This document shows positions 11,871-25,169 of a stretch of 64,000 nucleotides of DNA, piece by piece. The first letter of the stretch is position 1; the number at the start of each line of letters is the position of its first letter. Source of the stretch: Chiloscyllium plagiosum (Eukaryota); the NCBI RefSeq assembly GCF_004010195.1, contig NC_057719.1:53563282-53627281 (forward strand), read 5' to 3'. The notes under the pieces were generated by a model. It searched no databases. It had not been told where the DNA came from and saw only the letters and a program-made list of their open reading frames with translations. The translations under genes were made by a program, and so were the position numbers.

Positions 11871-14029
11871 TTTTCACTCATGTATGCATGTACTAATTGG
11901 GGTAGCATACCACCAGACTCTAACCCTAATTACCCTTTCATGGATAAATGTAACATTCCAAACCTACCTACCTTATTTCATTGATAACTAGAATACAATA
12001 ATATGAGTTATAGAAAGAAACCCAGAAATATGCATGATATATATTATTAAAATTATACTCAGTGTACATCAATGACGCTAAGCCATGATTTCTCCAATTT
12101 TGTTTGTTCTAGCTTTACCAAGTATCTGGACAAAATCTTACCTACATGAAGATTATAAGATGTCCAATTGAGCGTGCGTATGAACTAATTTACATGACAG
12201 AATCTAAAGCATATTAACAAATTTGCCCTGAGCTACTCACCATGGAATTACTGCTTAAACCTGAATGGGATCAGCTAGCGTCTCATTAGTGTCATCACAG
12301 AAGGTATTAGACACAGTGCTAAATTAACTAATATTGCTTTATTCATAACATGCACGTTAGCTCAACTAGCACCACTGCAGAGTAAAGGACAATTATAATA
12401 ACTGTTCAGACAGAGGTTATTAAATGACAATTAACATTCTTCTGTATGAATGCATAATTTGAATATCTCAACTGGAACTGGACTCTGTTGACTACAATGT
12501 AAGACATTTAAACTTGATGCTTGAAGTTGCCATGCAGTTTTAATAGTTTAAGTTACAGCATCTGCAATGTGTCATTGGCAAGTTATCAGATTCATGATGT
12601 AAGCTATCCCTATGATACAATAGTAGAGAATCCTGATCTCTAGGTTGGGATTTTTGATACTGTCTGATTGCGTTCTGTGATTGACCGGCTTGACTCTTCA
12701 TCCCTTTACATGTTTCTGTGTACCTATTTACATGTTAATATAGTTTTTATCAAACTATTGTACATGGCATTCTATATACATTTGCAAAATGTTTTATAGA
12801 TCACTTCTGTCAGATTAGCCTATTTCACATTTCTTCAACACCCAACTCACATTTCTTCAGCTTTAGCTCTTCATTTTGATCTCCACAAGAGGAATCATAC
12901 GGTGCTATTCTGTGCTGTCTTCCATAGTACATTTAGTGGCAAAATGGCATTTAATCAGGTGGAATGGTGGTACGGAGGAGGGGAGGCTAATGGGGGAAGC
13001 CACCACCTCCTTCTCCATCCCTGGTTAACTCTGTTGCAGGAAGCCCCAAGGACAACCTTTACACTCTGCTGCCAGCTGACTGACAATGAATGCCTACTTG
13101 CTAATTCTCTTCCTATTATCACATTGATGCAGTGATGAGTTGGCATGTCAGCATGTGGCGAGCATGACATGAGAACCTGTGTGGAGTTACTTGTTATCTC
13201 CCAGAAGTACTGATTTCACTGGCACACAGTGCATGACTGAAGGTGCCAGCATCTGGAAATGGGAAGCCTCTGGGACACTACATGTTTCTGGACCTTCGGT
13301 GAGTATGGTTCCAGCAGTAGCCACTGTGGTGCTGCTGCTCAGTAGAGTTCTAAATGGCTGGCAACATTTGGCATGCAGACCTTCTTACTCCCGGGACATT
13401 GATTCATGGAATATGTGCTGTTGGCCTGCTTCCCACAGGAGACATCATGAGTTTTATACTGGCTTTCATTTTACTGCGTCCATCGTCAGCTTTTCTACCC
13501 TATCATGTTCTTGGTTTCTAGTATCTTTCCCACCACATCCACTTTTCCTCTTCCAGTAAAATAAACCTACCCAAACTTATTGTCAGCTTCAAACTTAACT
13601 AAGAGAGCACTAAAGGGAACTAGTCAGCTTTACCTACTATGGAATGCATATTAATGTCAAATAACCTCCAACCCTTGAAGTTTTTCCATGAGCAGTTATT
13701 TCAGGCTAGAATATATCTTGAGTATATTATAACAGAAACAACAGGCTGAATGTTCTCAAAATTTAGCTCAGAGCCAATTTTGACGAATTTCTTGGAAAGT
13801 TTCTCTCTGTGAGTATTCTCACAATTTATTGAATGCAATTTTATAGTACTCACCTCGGTAAGTATGCAGCATGCCTTCTCAGCACCATTTTCACGCTTTC
13901 TTGCACGCACCAGTGGCAGAAGTGCTTGCTGTTGCTTGGACCTTCCACGGTTCCTGCCATTAGCACTGTATTTAATAACCAGCCATGCACCATGCATGGT
14001 CTGCATCTTGGTTCATTGGATCAACTGAA

Positions 14030-15030
14030 GGGCTATGCTGTTTGAGGGAATCTGCCAGTCAGATAGAATAGATATGTAATTGCAAAGAAATCCAAAAATA
14101 AAGGCAAATGTGATGTGGCGTATTTTGATAGAAGGAATAGGATATCAAAAACTGAGTGGAAAGTTGAATTCAGAAGGAAAATAAGACAGAGGAACCTGGG
14201 ATATGAATACACATATATTGGAAGTATCAAACAATGTATTGTCATTATGTCTTTAGAAACAGAATGTCTTTAGAGCCGCAGCATGTCAGTATGTCTTTAG
14301 AAACATACTCACGATATAATCACTGTAACATAACATGTGTCTTAAGGTTATAAAGATCTCAAGCACCACATTACATTGGATCATTTGAAGTTTGACACAC
14401 TGATAAAAGCAGACTGTTCTTTGTAACCAAAGAGCTTAATACCAATGCCCCTTCTGTGTTTGTGAATCCAATCTTTGTCCTTAATACTGAGTTGTAATAA
14501 GTATATGTTCGATCTGTCATACCATATTATCCATGCCTTAGCTTCTTACATTACAAGGGCTAACATGAGCATTGCCACATCAGATAAAGATATGCTGCTG
14601 GAGGCTGAGTGCACGTCACATTGTTAATAAGATAATTAAAAATAAAACAAGCACTGGAGTTCATTTCTGGAGGAATAGCATCAAAAAACAGATAAGTGAG
14701 CTGGTAGAATATCTGTTAGGATATGGGAATTCTGAGAACTATTCTGTTCATGAAATTGTATCAAAGAAAAGAGGTACTTTAGAAAATGCAAAGAATATTG
14801 AAGGGTAATCTCAGAACTGAAAACAAAATGTTGAAGGTTATGAAAACGTTTGACAGAGTAAATGTTGAGAAATTGTTTCCATTTGCAATGGAAACCAGAA
14901 CTAGGATCCTAAATATTAGATGGTCATTAATAAATCCAAACAGAAATTTAGGAGAAACAATATGACCCAGTGAGTCTCACTACCACAAAGAACAATATAG
15001 GTGAAAAACAGAGATACATTGAATAAATAA
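14030..15030 (+). mobile_element. CR1 relic with a possible small solo LTR inserted at about 14234-14555
   Basis: CR1-like segments (aaatgtgatgtgg, ttgtttccatttgcaatggaaaccagaactagg) flank an unrelated block containing repeated atgtctttag. Confidence 0.45.
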
Positions 15031-15248
15031 CATTGTGTAAATCAAAATGTATGGGTGATATTTGTGAGGTTATCCAACCCAGGAACATGGTAGCTCAAAA
15101 ATGAAATACAAAATGCTATTTATTGCAAACAAGGATGCAGTAAGAGATGGAATTTGAACAAGCTATATGATGAAGACCAAAAGGCTTGGTAAACAAAACT
15201 AACTTGTTATCTCGATTATGTGCCTCTACCCATGACCAAGGGACTTGG

Positions 15249-15850
15249 TGAAATAACTGCACAGATGCCCGTATCCCAACACTAAGTTACCCTTTTATTT
15301 ACTTGTGCACAGTAGGCTGTGGCCAGTCAGTGGTCAGTCCTCTGAACTGAGGAGATTCTGACCCCTCTGGTTATATTTTTTTTATTATTATTTATTTATT
15401 TATTTATTTTTTCTTTTTTTTNNNNNNNNNNNNNNNNNNNNNNNNNNNNNNNNNNNNNNNNNNNNNNNNNTGTGTGTGTGCAGGTGTGGGACACAGTGGA
15501 AGACACAAAGTGCACGAATCTTTATTCAATTTCCACCACCAGGAAGATAGGAAAACACCCGGGTGGCCAGTGACAAACACTGCCCTTCACATCAAAGGGC
15601 AGTGCTGTGTGATCAAAACAGTGAAGGGGAGGGTAGGGACTAAATCAAAATAGAATTGGAGGGAGAAATGATGCACTCCACTCCCTGCGGCGCCCACCTC
15701 TCCCTGAACAACTCCAGGGTGTTGGTCGACACCGCGTGCTCCTTCCCCTCTGGTTATATTGATCAGCTAGGGTTTCCGGATTGGCCCAGGTTAACAAACC
15801 CAATCAAGAATCTCATAGTCAATGGTGCTCACTTGGTTCCAATCACTATA
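15249..15850 (-). mobile_element. Solo LTR (Gypsy-like), split by a Tx1 insertion
   Basis: The two flanks join across a 16-bp duplication. Antisense AATAAA at about 15295-15300. Resembles short shark LTRs (from memory). Confidence 0.5.
15378..15744 (-). mobile_element. 5'-truncated Tx1/L1-clade LINE with A-rich tail (includes a 49-N gap at 15422-15470)
   Basis: Minus translation KEHAVSTNTLELFRERWAPQGVECIISPSNSILI*. T-rich tail on the + strand at 15378-15421. TSD cccctctggttatatt at 15362-15377 and 15745-15760. Confidence 0.8.
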
Positions 15851-16307
15851 TCTTTCCAGTTCCGGAGGTATGTAATAACATCTCTGAACAGGCTGATTAG
15901 AAAAATAGGCTAATTAAACAAAAACACTCATTGCATGGTCTGTGATAGAAGGTAACAACTTTCAACACAAAGTATTTAACAAAAGAATCAAAATTTGTAA
16001 ATTAGGGTTGAAATCAATAAATGATAAACATTTTTAACAAAATAGAGGTGTGGTATCAGGTACAACAAAGTCAACTTGATCGAACAAGTTTAAAAATTGC
16101 AATCTCACCTGTGTTAGGTGCTATATAGAATCTTTTGAATCATACAGTAACTGACTCAAACTGAATCGATAGGAATCAATGACGTCAGAGAATTGTCTTC
16201 TTTTGAGTAACAGAGAAACTAACTCTCAAACGAAATGTATTTTCCTTCTCAGGTAATCTCTTTTGTGAGTTCACAAAGTAACAAGAAATCAGTAATTTCA
16301 GGGTTTC

Positions 16308-17460
16308 TAAGAACATAAGAAATCATATCAGGAGTAGATCCATTGAGCCTGCACCACCTTTCAACAAGATAATGCCTAATCTTTAGCTTAACCTCCACTT
16401 CCCGCTGACTGCCCATATCTCTCAATTCCATAGGAGGCTAAGATAATGTTTTTTTTTAATCTAAAATATATTCAATGATGGTGCAGCCATAACTCTTTGG
16501 GCTTTAGAAGTATCAAATTTCAAAGGGTCACCACCATGTCAATAAAGAAACTTTTCCTCATTTTAATCCTGTGTGATTGGTCCCTTAAAATGAGATTGTG
16601 CTCTTATGTTCTAGACTCCCTAGCATAAGGAATCAGCCTCAGTGTCTATCCTGCTAAGCTGTTAACAATCTTATATGTTTCAATGAAATCACCTCTTAAT
16701 CTTCTAACCTCCTAAGAATATAGATTTAATTTACTCTGGCTATATCAGGACAGCATCCTCACCCCAGAACCTAATCTGGTGAACCTTCACTGTCATTGCC
16801 TGGAATGTAACTGTATTGTTCATTAAACATGAAGTCCAGACAAGCACACTATACAAAACAGCACACAGTATTTTTATGTCATCCCACTGAAGCCCCACAC
16901 AATGGTAGCAAGACTTCTCTATATACTGATCCCACTTCAGAAAAGTCCAGCATGCTATTTGTCTTCTAATTGCTTACTTGTACCTGAATGGTAACTTCCT
17001 CTGTTCTTTGTATGAATATACCATCCCCTTGACCATTGATGTTTACAAGTTTTATGTCTTTCAAAAATATTCTCTTTTTCAATTCTTACCTTTTAATTCT
17101 TCCCTCTATTATACTCCATCTGCGACCTTGATTCACACTCACTTAACTGTCAACATCACTTTGTAGCTTTTAGGTCTTCCCACTGCTTACATTCACACCT
17201 AACTTTGTATTGACATCAAACTTCAATGTATTGTTCTATTTTTATCTAACTCATTGATAAATATTGTTAATAGTTGAAGTCCTGGCACTGATTCTTGCTA
17301 CATTCCATTTCTGCTCTGCCAACTTGAAAATGCCCATTTTATATCTACTGCTTGCTTGCTGTCCATTAATCAACCCTCTATCCACAACGATATATTACAC
17401 TCCATTCCAACAGTCCTTACCTTGCCTTGCGGACCCTTATCAAATGCCTCTGATTGTCCA
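16308..17460 (-). mobile_element. CR1 LINE 3' relic
   Basis: Begins with taagaacataagaaat...ggagtag (CR1 tail, antisense) and parallels 34260-35400. Confidence 0.75.
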
Positions 17461-19626
17461 AAACAAAGAATTGGCTACCTCATTAGATGAATATCCTTCC
17501 ATGTATTTTGAAGGAACAGCATGAAAATGTCAATGAAGTATTCTGCTCACTTTATAAAAGTCTTTGTAAGGAATGAATCGGTGTTTTAGCTGGACAATTT
17601 GGTCAATTGCTGATTGGCAAAACTGACAAAAGATAATGCCTGATTATTTGCATTTTTTAATAATATTAGAAAAGTTTCTTGCTAACATTTATAAATCATC
17701 AGTATTCAGTCTAGGTTTTAATGTTAGCGCCTTATGTCTTGTATATCTTGTGTTCAAACTGGAGAGTAATCTGTCAAAGATAAAAAGTTACAATTTACTA
17801 TTTCCTCCACTTCCTTTGTCATGTTTTTATTCCCTCTTAGTAATCTCCTCTCCCCACAACTGTTCCATCAGTTTCCCCTAATTCTTCTTCTCTGTATGGA
17901 TTTGCTGCCTTTTTCTTTCTCTTCTCTCGCCCTTTCCTCATCTATTCACCTGTCCAATCCAAATGATTTCCTCCTCCAGGGACCATGTTGCCCTTGCCCT
18001 CTGATGTTTTTACACCAAGATGCTGGAGTAAATCTTGACTTGTTCATTTTTGGTGTTATATTTGGAAAAGCAAAACTGTAAAGAATTTTAAGAAGAAGGT
18101 CTATGGTATATTCAGTTTATTTTCTAACAGCAACACAATTTTCTAAACTGTCAAAAATAACATCAATAAGCTGTGCTTCATTCATTGTGTTGTCACATCA
18201 CTTCAACGGAAAGCCTCATGGAACTTAACAAACATTGGTTATTTTTATTTAAGCCATTTTATTTCTCTTGTATAGCCCGCAACATTTTTATTTTATAAAA
18301 TGTTGCCACAAAACATTTACTGAGCCACTTTAAATGGCTTGCACATTTGTATTCTCTTCTTCCTCAGATGCAAGAAGCATTGTGTCAGTATTGTATTAAT
18401 GTTTACTGGCAGTCTGTTTTCTAGGGCCTTACTTTAATTACAGGGGATTAAATGAGGGATAAAAGAAAGTTGGTCAGTAATAAACCAGCAGGGCTCCTAT
18501 CTTGATCACTTCTAACACAGCCAATTACTCTTTGGTCCTTGTGCAGAGTTTGCAGTCTTAGTCTCTCAAGAATAGCTTCTCTATTGTTAATAGTAACTTG
18601 TTTGCTATAAATGCTAGCTCAAATGGTCTTTCATTTCCTTAAGTAATTGGTTGACACACAGTTCAATACCTCAGCACAGCTCAAGCTGTTCACCTTATTC
18701 ACATAGCCCATCTTTGATCAGCCTCCCACTGTAATGCAAGTCATGGCTGCCAGCATTTTGAAGAGATGCAAGAGGTGGATAAGAGAAATATTTCTGATTA
18801 CTTGGCCTCTGTATGTATTCACAATCATTTTCCATTTAAACATCCCTGGAAGTTTACTGTGCTGATTGATAAGAAAAGTCAAAGTTATTAACTGCAAAAT
18901 CTACTTGTATTTCTTATACCAAAGTAGTTGCCCAGTTGGTGTCATTGCAAACCACAAATGCAAGGAAAGATCTGGTGGCTTTAATTATGCTCCATGTGCA
19001 TTTTCCCACCACTATTAAAGCAATAATGTAGAGCTTAATTAAGACAAATGTATACCTCAAAACAACACAAAATGAAATCAGATAGATCTGATAGAGAAGA
19101 TCAATTCTTAATGATGAACATACACAATTGACATATCGGAAAGGATGAGTTGGTTCTAAAGTTCTAGGTCATTTGCAGTTAGATGAACTGTTTATGTAAT
19201 ACATTGTTGCACAGTATCCTGACTGGCATAACTTGCAATCAAACCCATTTAAATGAACCTTGCTAGTTCTCTCATTTCTTTGCCAGCTATGAGGATGTCA
19301 GCACGGAGTGGGGTGGGGTCGGGAGAAGAACTTAAATATCTGAAAGCTCCTTGGGGTCAAAATTCACTAATCCTAATTTCTAGCTATGTGGTTCATGTTT
19401 TAAAGTATTTTTGTGCCATTTAGAAATGGAATGGACAAGACATAAAATTTGCTGATCCAAATCATTTTCAGGACTACAACAGGAAGAGATATGGCTCCTA
19501 GTCCATATTATAGACCTCTTTTCCATGTTTCAAGTACCCTTCCATTTTCAAAGGCATAGTCCCTATAAAAGGAAAATTTCAACACTGCACTGCAGGCTAT
19601 TGCTTTTGGCCACTGACAACGAAGCT

Positions 19627-20715
19627 ATGGAACACCAGGGGAGGAAATAGCTCCTTGATTTTCAACTCACACCGTAGAAACTAGAAAGGAGGTCAACAAG
19701 GAACACTGTTCAGTAACACGGAGAACCCTGATATGTGGCAAAGGCAGGAATTTCCCAGTGTGGTTCCACAAACCCAACAGGAGTGCCACAAAATTGTTAA
19801 TGACCTGGTCGCGTGGTCAAGGTAAGTATAACAGCGCATCTTACCACTGTACCTACTTCTCACATTGGTCAGTACACATAACATCTTCACACTCAGGACT
19901 TGCCTGTAAAATACTTACACCACAGCTCGGGGACACACACTTTTAAAGCATACTAGACCTCTGGCTGTCTTAAAAATTCCTCCAATTTTTCAGCTGTCAC
20001 AGGCATCATCTAAACACACAGACACACAGTCACTGACAATCTGCCTTGCATCTTGAACCAACCAGACTGAATACCCAGTGTCATGGAGGAAACTGTCCAG
20101 CACCTCATGGAGGAAGCAGCATTACAGAGTTAGTGATGCTGAGGCCATCCTGGATGGAGTCAGTCATTGTGTTGCACACTTTCTCCACACACTCCTCACC
20201 CTGCTTGTGAAAGCTGCTATGAATCAGAAATTGCAATTGGAGTAGCTGTGAACATCCTGATTTCCTCTCCTTCTCTTCTTGCCCAGTCTCCCGTCATACT
20301 TTTTTTTCAGACGACAGAGGACAGCTGCTCAGCTTCAGCAGGAACATGTGAAAGGAGGATAGGAAGTAAAAAGCTTTAAGAAGGAGAGTCACTCAACTAA
20401 TACGTACAGCTTCCCGGTCAGATTTTGACCAAATGTGAGTATGAAAGATTACTTAACATTGGAATATGCATGTGATAAGTACCTGGACTTGTGTGGTCTG
20501 CAGCCAGGCAGGCATAGGACAGCCTGAAGGTGAGATCAGCTGCAAACAACTGAGATGTTGGGGTGGACTACAGAAAGACCTTGATGAATGTGCTACTGAG
20601 ATACATGGTGCATTAATAGATCTATCTCTCAGCCTGGTTTCACCCTGGCACAGGGCATCAAGCAGAGATTGGAGCCAATTCATTCCACCATAGATTTACT
20701 GGGCACCTTCATTGC
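19627..20715 (+). mobile_element. PIF/Harbinger Myb/SANT-like gene relic
   Basis: Translation MEHQGRK/AP*FS...QECHKIVNDL (cf. APRFS...QCRKKFNDL), then gtggtcaag|gtaagt donor at about 19822. A downstream TEIHGAL segment follows. Confidence 0.55.
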
Positions 20716-20739
20716 AGTACTGTCAAACTGACCAAATGA

Positions 20740-21035
20740 ACATAGGAACACAGGAACATTGGAAAAAGGATAGATTATTTAGTCCTTTGAATCTGTTCCA
20801 CCAGTCAATGAGATCATGGCTGATCTGTGACCTTATGTGTTTGCCCCTCTGAATAAAATTTATGATTAACAATTGTTTGAATATCAGGAAGAGAAGTTCC
20901 AAACTTCTGACATTCCTTTGTGTGTAAAACTGTTTCCAAAAGTCACTCCTGGTTGATCTGGCTCTAATTTTGTGACCATGCCCCAAGTTCTCAGCTACCA
21001 ATTGTTGGAAATAGATTATTTTGATCTAAACTATG
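20740..21035 (-). mobile_element. CR1 3' end
   Basis: Tail acataggaacacaggaac. Minus peptide GHGHKIRARSTRSDFWKQFYTQR. Confidence 0.75.
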
Positions 21036-21748
21036 AGCTCCCTACTAGCGGAAGAGTTGGATTGAGCCCTGTATTGATTTCTATGGAAGAGGCTCACTGT
21101 AGTAAGTGCTAATCAGTACTTTGGTGGCCAGTAGCAGACCTTGCACAGATTCAAGGAACTTCAACCCCTCCCCCTCTGAAAACTGCTGGGCAACGGGAGG
21201 CCACAGCTATCTATTGCAGGTAGCACCAGCAGCAGCAGTGGCCCAGATAAGTTAGTGACAATGTGGGAATGTCATCTTCTCAGTGTCATATTGGGATCTG
21301 GGTGGTTAGGGTATAGTTGCTGCCACCAATACTCCTTTCTGCTACTAAAATAAAACATAATTTCAGATAAACTATCTCAAATAGAAATAATACTGAAAAT
21401 CAACTGCAAAATTATTTTACCAAATTCAAATCAACATTTAATTTTGTGAGGTGATAGTGCACCCCAGTCCCACAGCACCCACCTGTTGTGGTAGAAACCA
21501 TATGCTTGTTCAGCCATGACACCCGGTTCCCACAGAACCTCCTTATCACCAAGTCACAAATGGTTTGACAGGAAGTTTTGTTGAGACAATGAAATATTCC
21601 ATAAAGGTAACTTGAGAACAAGGATCACTATCCAAAAGACTGAGCTAATTTTTGTTAACATCTCAGAACACAAACCACTGTACAACCCAAAGTTCTCCAA
21701 CATCGCTCATTGTAAAATGTCAGTTGTGCATGGCATTTGATTTGCTGA

Positions 21749-22044
21749 TTCTGGATTAGAGTGATGCTGGAAAAGCATAGCCTTTCAGGCAGCATCTGAG
21801 GAGTAGGAAAATCGACGTTTCGGACAAAAGCCCTTCATCAGGAATAGAGGCAGAGTGCCTGCGGATGGAGTCCTCTCATTTATCTCTCCACCCTGCAGGC
21901 ACTCTGCCTCTATTCCTGATGAAGGGCTTTTGTCTGAAACATCGATTTTCCTGCTCCTCGGATGCTGCCTGAACTGCTGTGCTTTTCCAGCCCCACTCTA
22001 ATCCAGAATCTGGTTTCCAGCATCTGCAGTTATTGTTTTTACCT
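21749..22044. mobile_element. Penelope-derived fold-back (inverted pLTR pair) with 14-bp TSD
   Basis: Long inverted arms centred near 21875. TSD atttgatttgctga at 21735-21748 and 22045-22058. Confidence 0.85.
21811..21845 (-). ncRNA. Minimal type I hammerhead ribozyme motif
   Basis: Minus strand reads auuc-CUGAUGA-a-gggc-uuuu-gucc-GAA-ACGU-C-gau. The core is intact, with stem II and a palindromic stem III. Confidence 0.7.
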
Positions 22045-22120
22045 ATTTGATTTGCTGAAACTGCCCATGAGGTTTCTGACAGGAAACAATATAATAAGGT
22101 TTTCCAACATGAGAACAAGG

Positions 22121-24431
22121 TCGAGAGGGTGGCGCTAGAAAGACATAACAGGTAAGGCAGCATCCAAGGAGCAGGAGAATTAATGTTTCAGGAATAAGCC
22201 CTTCATCAGGAATGAGACTTATGGGCCAGGAGACGGAGAGATAAATGGGAGGGAGTGTGGGGTTGGGGGAAATGTAGCTGACAATACAATAGGTAGATGG
22301 AGGAGTTGATGAGAAAGGCAATGGACAGGTCAAGAGGGAGGTGCCAAGTTAGAGGCTTGAGACTGGGATAATGTGAGGGGAGGGGAAATGAGAAAACTGG
22401 TGAAATCCACATTTGTCCTGTGTGGTTGCAGGGTCCCAAGGCAGAAGATGAGGCATCCTTCCTCCAGGTGTTGGGTGGTAAAGATTTGGCGATGGAGGAG
22501 GCCCAGGACCTTCGTGTTCTTGGCGATGTGGGATGGGGAGTTCAAGTGTTCATCCACAAACCTGACTTCCCTGGTTGACCCAATGTCTCAGTCTGCCTCT
22601 GTTCCACTGAACTCATCTCTTCCTACCTCAACACCGTCCTGCCCCCCTTAGTCCAAGAAGTCCCCACCTACATTTGGGACACCACCCATGCCCTTCACCT
22701 CCTCCAAGATTTTTGTTTGCTCAGCCCTCAATGCCTCACCTTCACCATGGACATCCAGTCCGTGCACACATCGATCCACCATGACGAAAGTCTCCAAGCC
22801 CGCTGTTTCTTCCTGCAGTTCCAACCAGTACCCTTCCACTGACACCCTCATCCGCCTGGCTGATCTGGTCCTCACCCTCAAAAACTTCTCCTTCCAATCT
22901 TCCTACTTCCGCCAAACCAAAGGGGTGGCCATGGGCACCTGCATGGGCCACTGCTATGCTTGCCTCTTTGTCCGGTACATGGAACAGTCAAACTTCCGCA
23001 ATTACACCGGCACCACCCCCCACCTATACCTCCACTACATCAATGACAGTATTGGCGCTACCCCGTGCTCCCATGAGCAACTTGAACATTTCATCAACTT
23101 CACTAACAGCTTTCACCTCAACCTCAAATTCATCTGGACCATCTCGGATACCTTCCTCCCCTTCCTGGATCTCTCCATTTCCATCTCTGGCGATCGACTA
23201 ACCACGGACATCTACTATAATCCCACTGACTCCACAGCTACCTGAATTACACCTCGTCCCACTCTACCTCCTGTAAGAATGCCATCCCTTATTCCCAATT
23301 GCTCCGCCACAACTGCATCTGTTCCCAGGATGACTAATTCCACCTTTAGAAAATCCCAGATGGCCTCCTTCTTCAAAGATCACAATTTCCCCTCTCACAT
23401 GTCATCGATCCTCACTTCCTGTGCCTCCGCCTTTGAACACCATCCCTCCCAATGCAACAAGGACAAAGCCCCCAGTCTTCACCTTCCACCCTACCAACCT
23501 CCGGATACATCACATTTTCTTCCCCTACTTCTGCTACCTACAAGCAGACACCAGATATATTTCCCTCCCCATCCCTTCAGTGTTTCGGAGAGACCATTCA
23601 CTTCACAAGTCCCCAGTCAGATCCACGAGCCTTCCCCCCTCCACCCACCAGTCCACACCACACTCCTGGCACCTTTCCCTGTCACCACAGGAAGTGCAGA
23701 ACCTACACCCACACCTCCTCCCTCAACTCCGTTCAAGGCCCCAAACGATCCTTCCATATCCTACAGAAATTTACCTGTACCTCCACCCATATCACCCATT
23801 TATCCGTTGCACCCGATGTGGTCTCCTCTGCATTGGGGAGACAGGACGCCTACTTACAGATCATTTCAGAGAACATCTCTGGGACACCCGCACCAGCCAA
23901 CCCCGCAGCCCTGTGGCTGAATGCTTCAACTCCCCCTCCCCCTCCCACTCTGTCAAGGACATTCAGGACCTGGGCCTTCTCCATCGCCAAAATGCTACCA
24001 CCCAACGCCTGGAGGAAGAATGCTTCATATTCTGCCTTGGGACCCTGCAACCAGATGGGATAAATGTGGATTTCAACAGCTTCCTCATTTTCCCTCCCCC
24101 CCCATATTTTCCCAGTCCCAAGCCTCCAACTCGACACTGCCCTCTTAACCTGTCCATCGCCTTTCCCATCTATCTGCTCCACCCTCCTCTCCGACCTATC
24201 ACCTCCTCCCCCACCTTCATCTACGTATTGCATTCCCAGCTACCTTCCTCCCAACCCCACCTCCTCCATTTATCTCTCAGCCCCCGGCCCACAAGCCTCA
24301 TTCCTGATGAAGGGCTTATGCCCGAAACATCAAAGATCCTGCTCCTCGGATGCTGACTGACCTGCTGTGTCTTTCCAACACCACATTCTCAATTCTGGTC
24401 TCCAGCATCTTCAGTCCTCACCTTCTCCTGT
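22121..24431 (+). mobile_element. Penelope-like element (RT + GIY-YIG, decayed) with an inverted 3' copy at its 5' end (22121-22557)
   Basis: RT motifs QTKGVAMGTCMG, LHYINDSIG, LPFLDL, YYNPTDS. GIY-YIG segment IRCTRCGLLCIGETGRLLTDHFREH. Flanking duplication atgagaacaagg at 22109-22120 and 24432-24443. Confidence 0.92.
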
Positions 24432-25169
24432 ATGAGAACAAGGCCAAACATTGCATTTTCCAAAAAGGTCAAGAAGAGTTGGTGAAGAATTACACCACTA
24501 ATGAACAGTGGGTCCCAACCATCATTGTAGCACAGACTGGACCGGTGTCTTGCACCACATATATTATGTGAGAAGAGGTGCTGATTTCTATTCACAACCA
24601 GAATTAATCAATTGACAATTAATAAATTGTGATGATATTAATTGAAAATCCACAAATAACTCTACCAAATAAAGACCCAGGTATACCTGAGCACAAAACG
24701 ATAACTGGAGAATCTGAGGGAAAGAGTATTTTAATGGAGAAATACCATGGCGTTACACAAATCTCCAAACATTCAGTTGAAAGACAATGAATTATGATGA
24801 TCACATAACACTTAAAATACCGGTGGTTAAAACCAACAAGCAAAATAAACAGTGAGTTGTGCTGACAGCCAAAATGGAGTCCTCTTACCGATTGACTGTT
24901 GTATATAGGATTGCAAATATTGTGAATAACTTCATTGCAGGAACCTGTGATGAAAAGCAAGAGGGATGTTGTGTATTTTGCAAGTATGGTGGACTGTCAC
25001 TTTAAGAGTCCAATCATGTGATGTAATGATAATGCCAACAGGGTTTTGGGTACTCTAACCTTGCTGTGGAATAAACATCTCCTTAATTAAGCTGCTGCTG
25101 CTGTTAAACTTATAAACTTATTGCTCCTGTTTTAAGTGAAGAAAATAGGCAATAGCAATTCAGTAAAGT

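Larger units (their letters stand above)
21530..25140 (+). mobile_element. Ty3/Gypsy integrase C-terminus, PPT and probable 3' LTR (from 24967), interrupted by two Penelope insertions
   Basis: PYHQVTNGLTGSFVETMK...FLLTSQNTNHCTTQSSP...FDLL, resuming as FQKGQEELVKNYTTNEQWVPTIIVAQTGPVS. Purine tract aaaagcaagaggga is followed by tgttgtg. Confidence 0.65.

Noticed and set aside
12930..13470. GC-richer patches (also about 9250-9570, 40730-41246, 53220-53830) as Harbinger-type MITEs
   Set aside because: They resemble such elements, but I could not verify terminal inverted repeats or TSDs.
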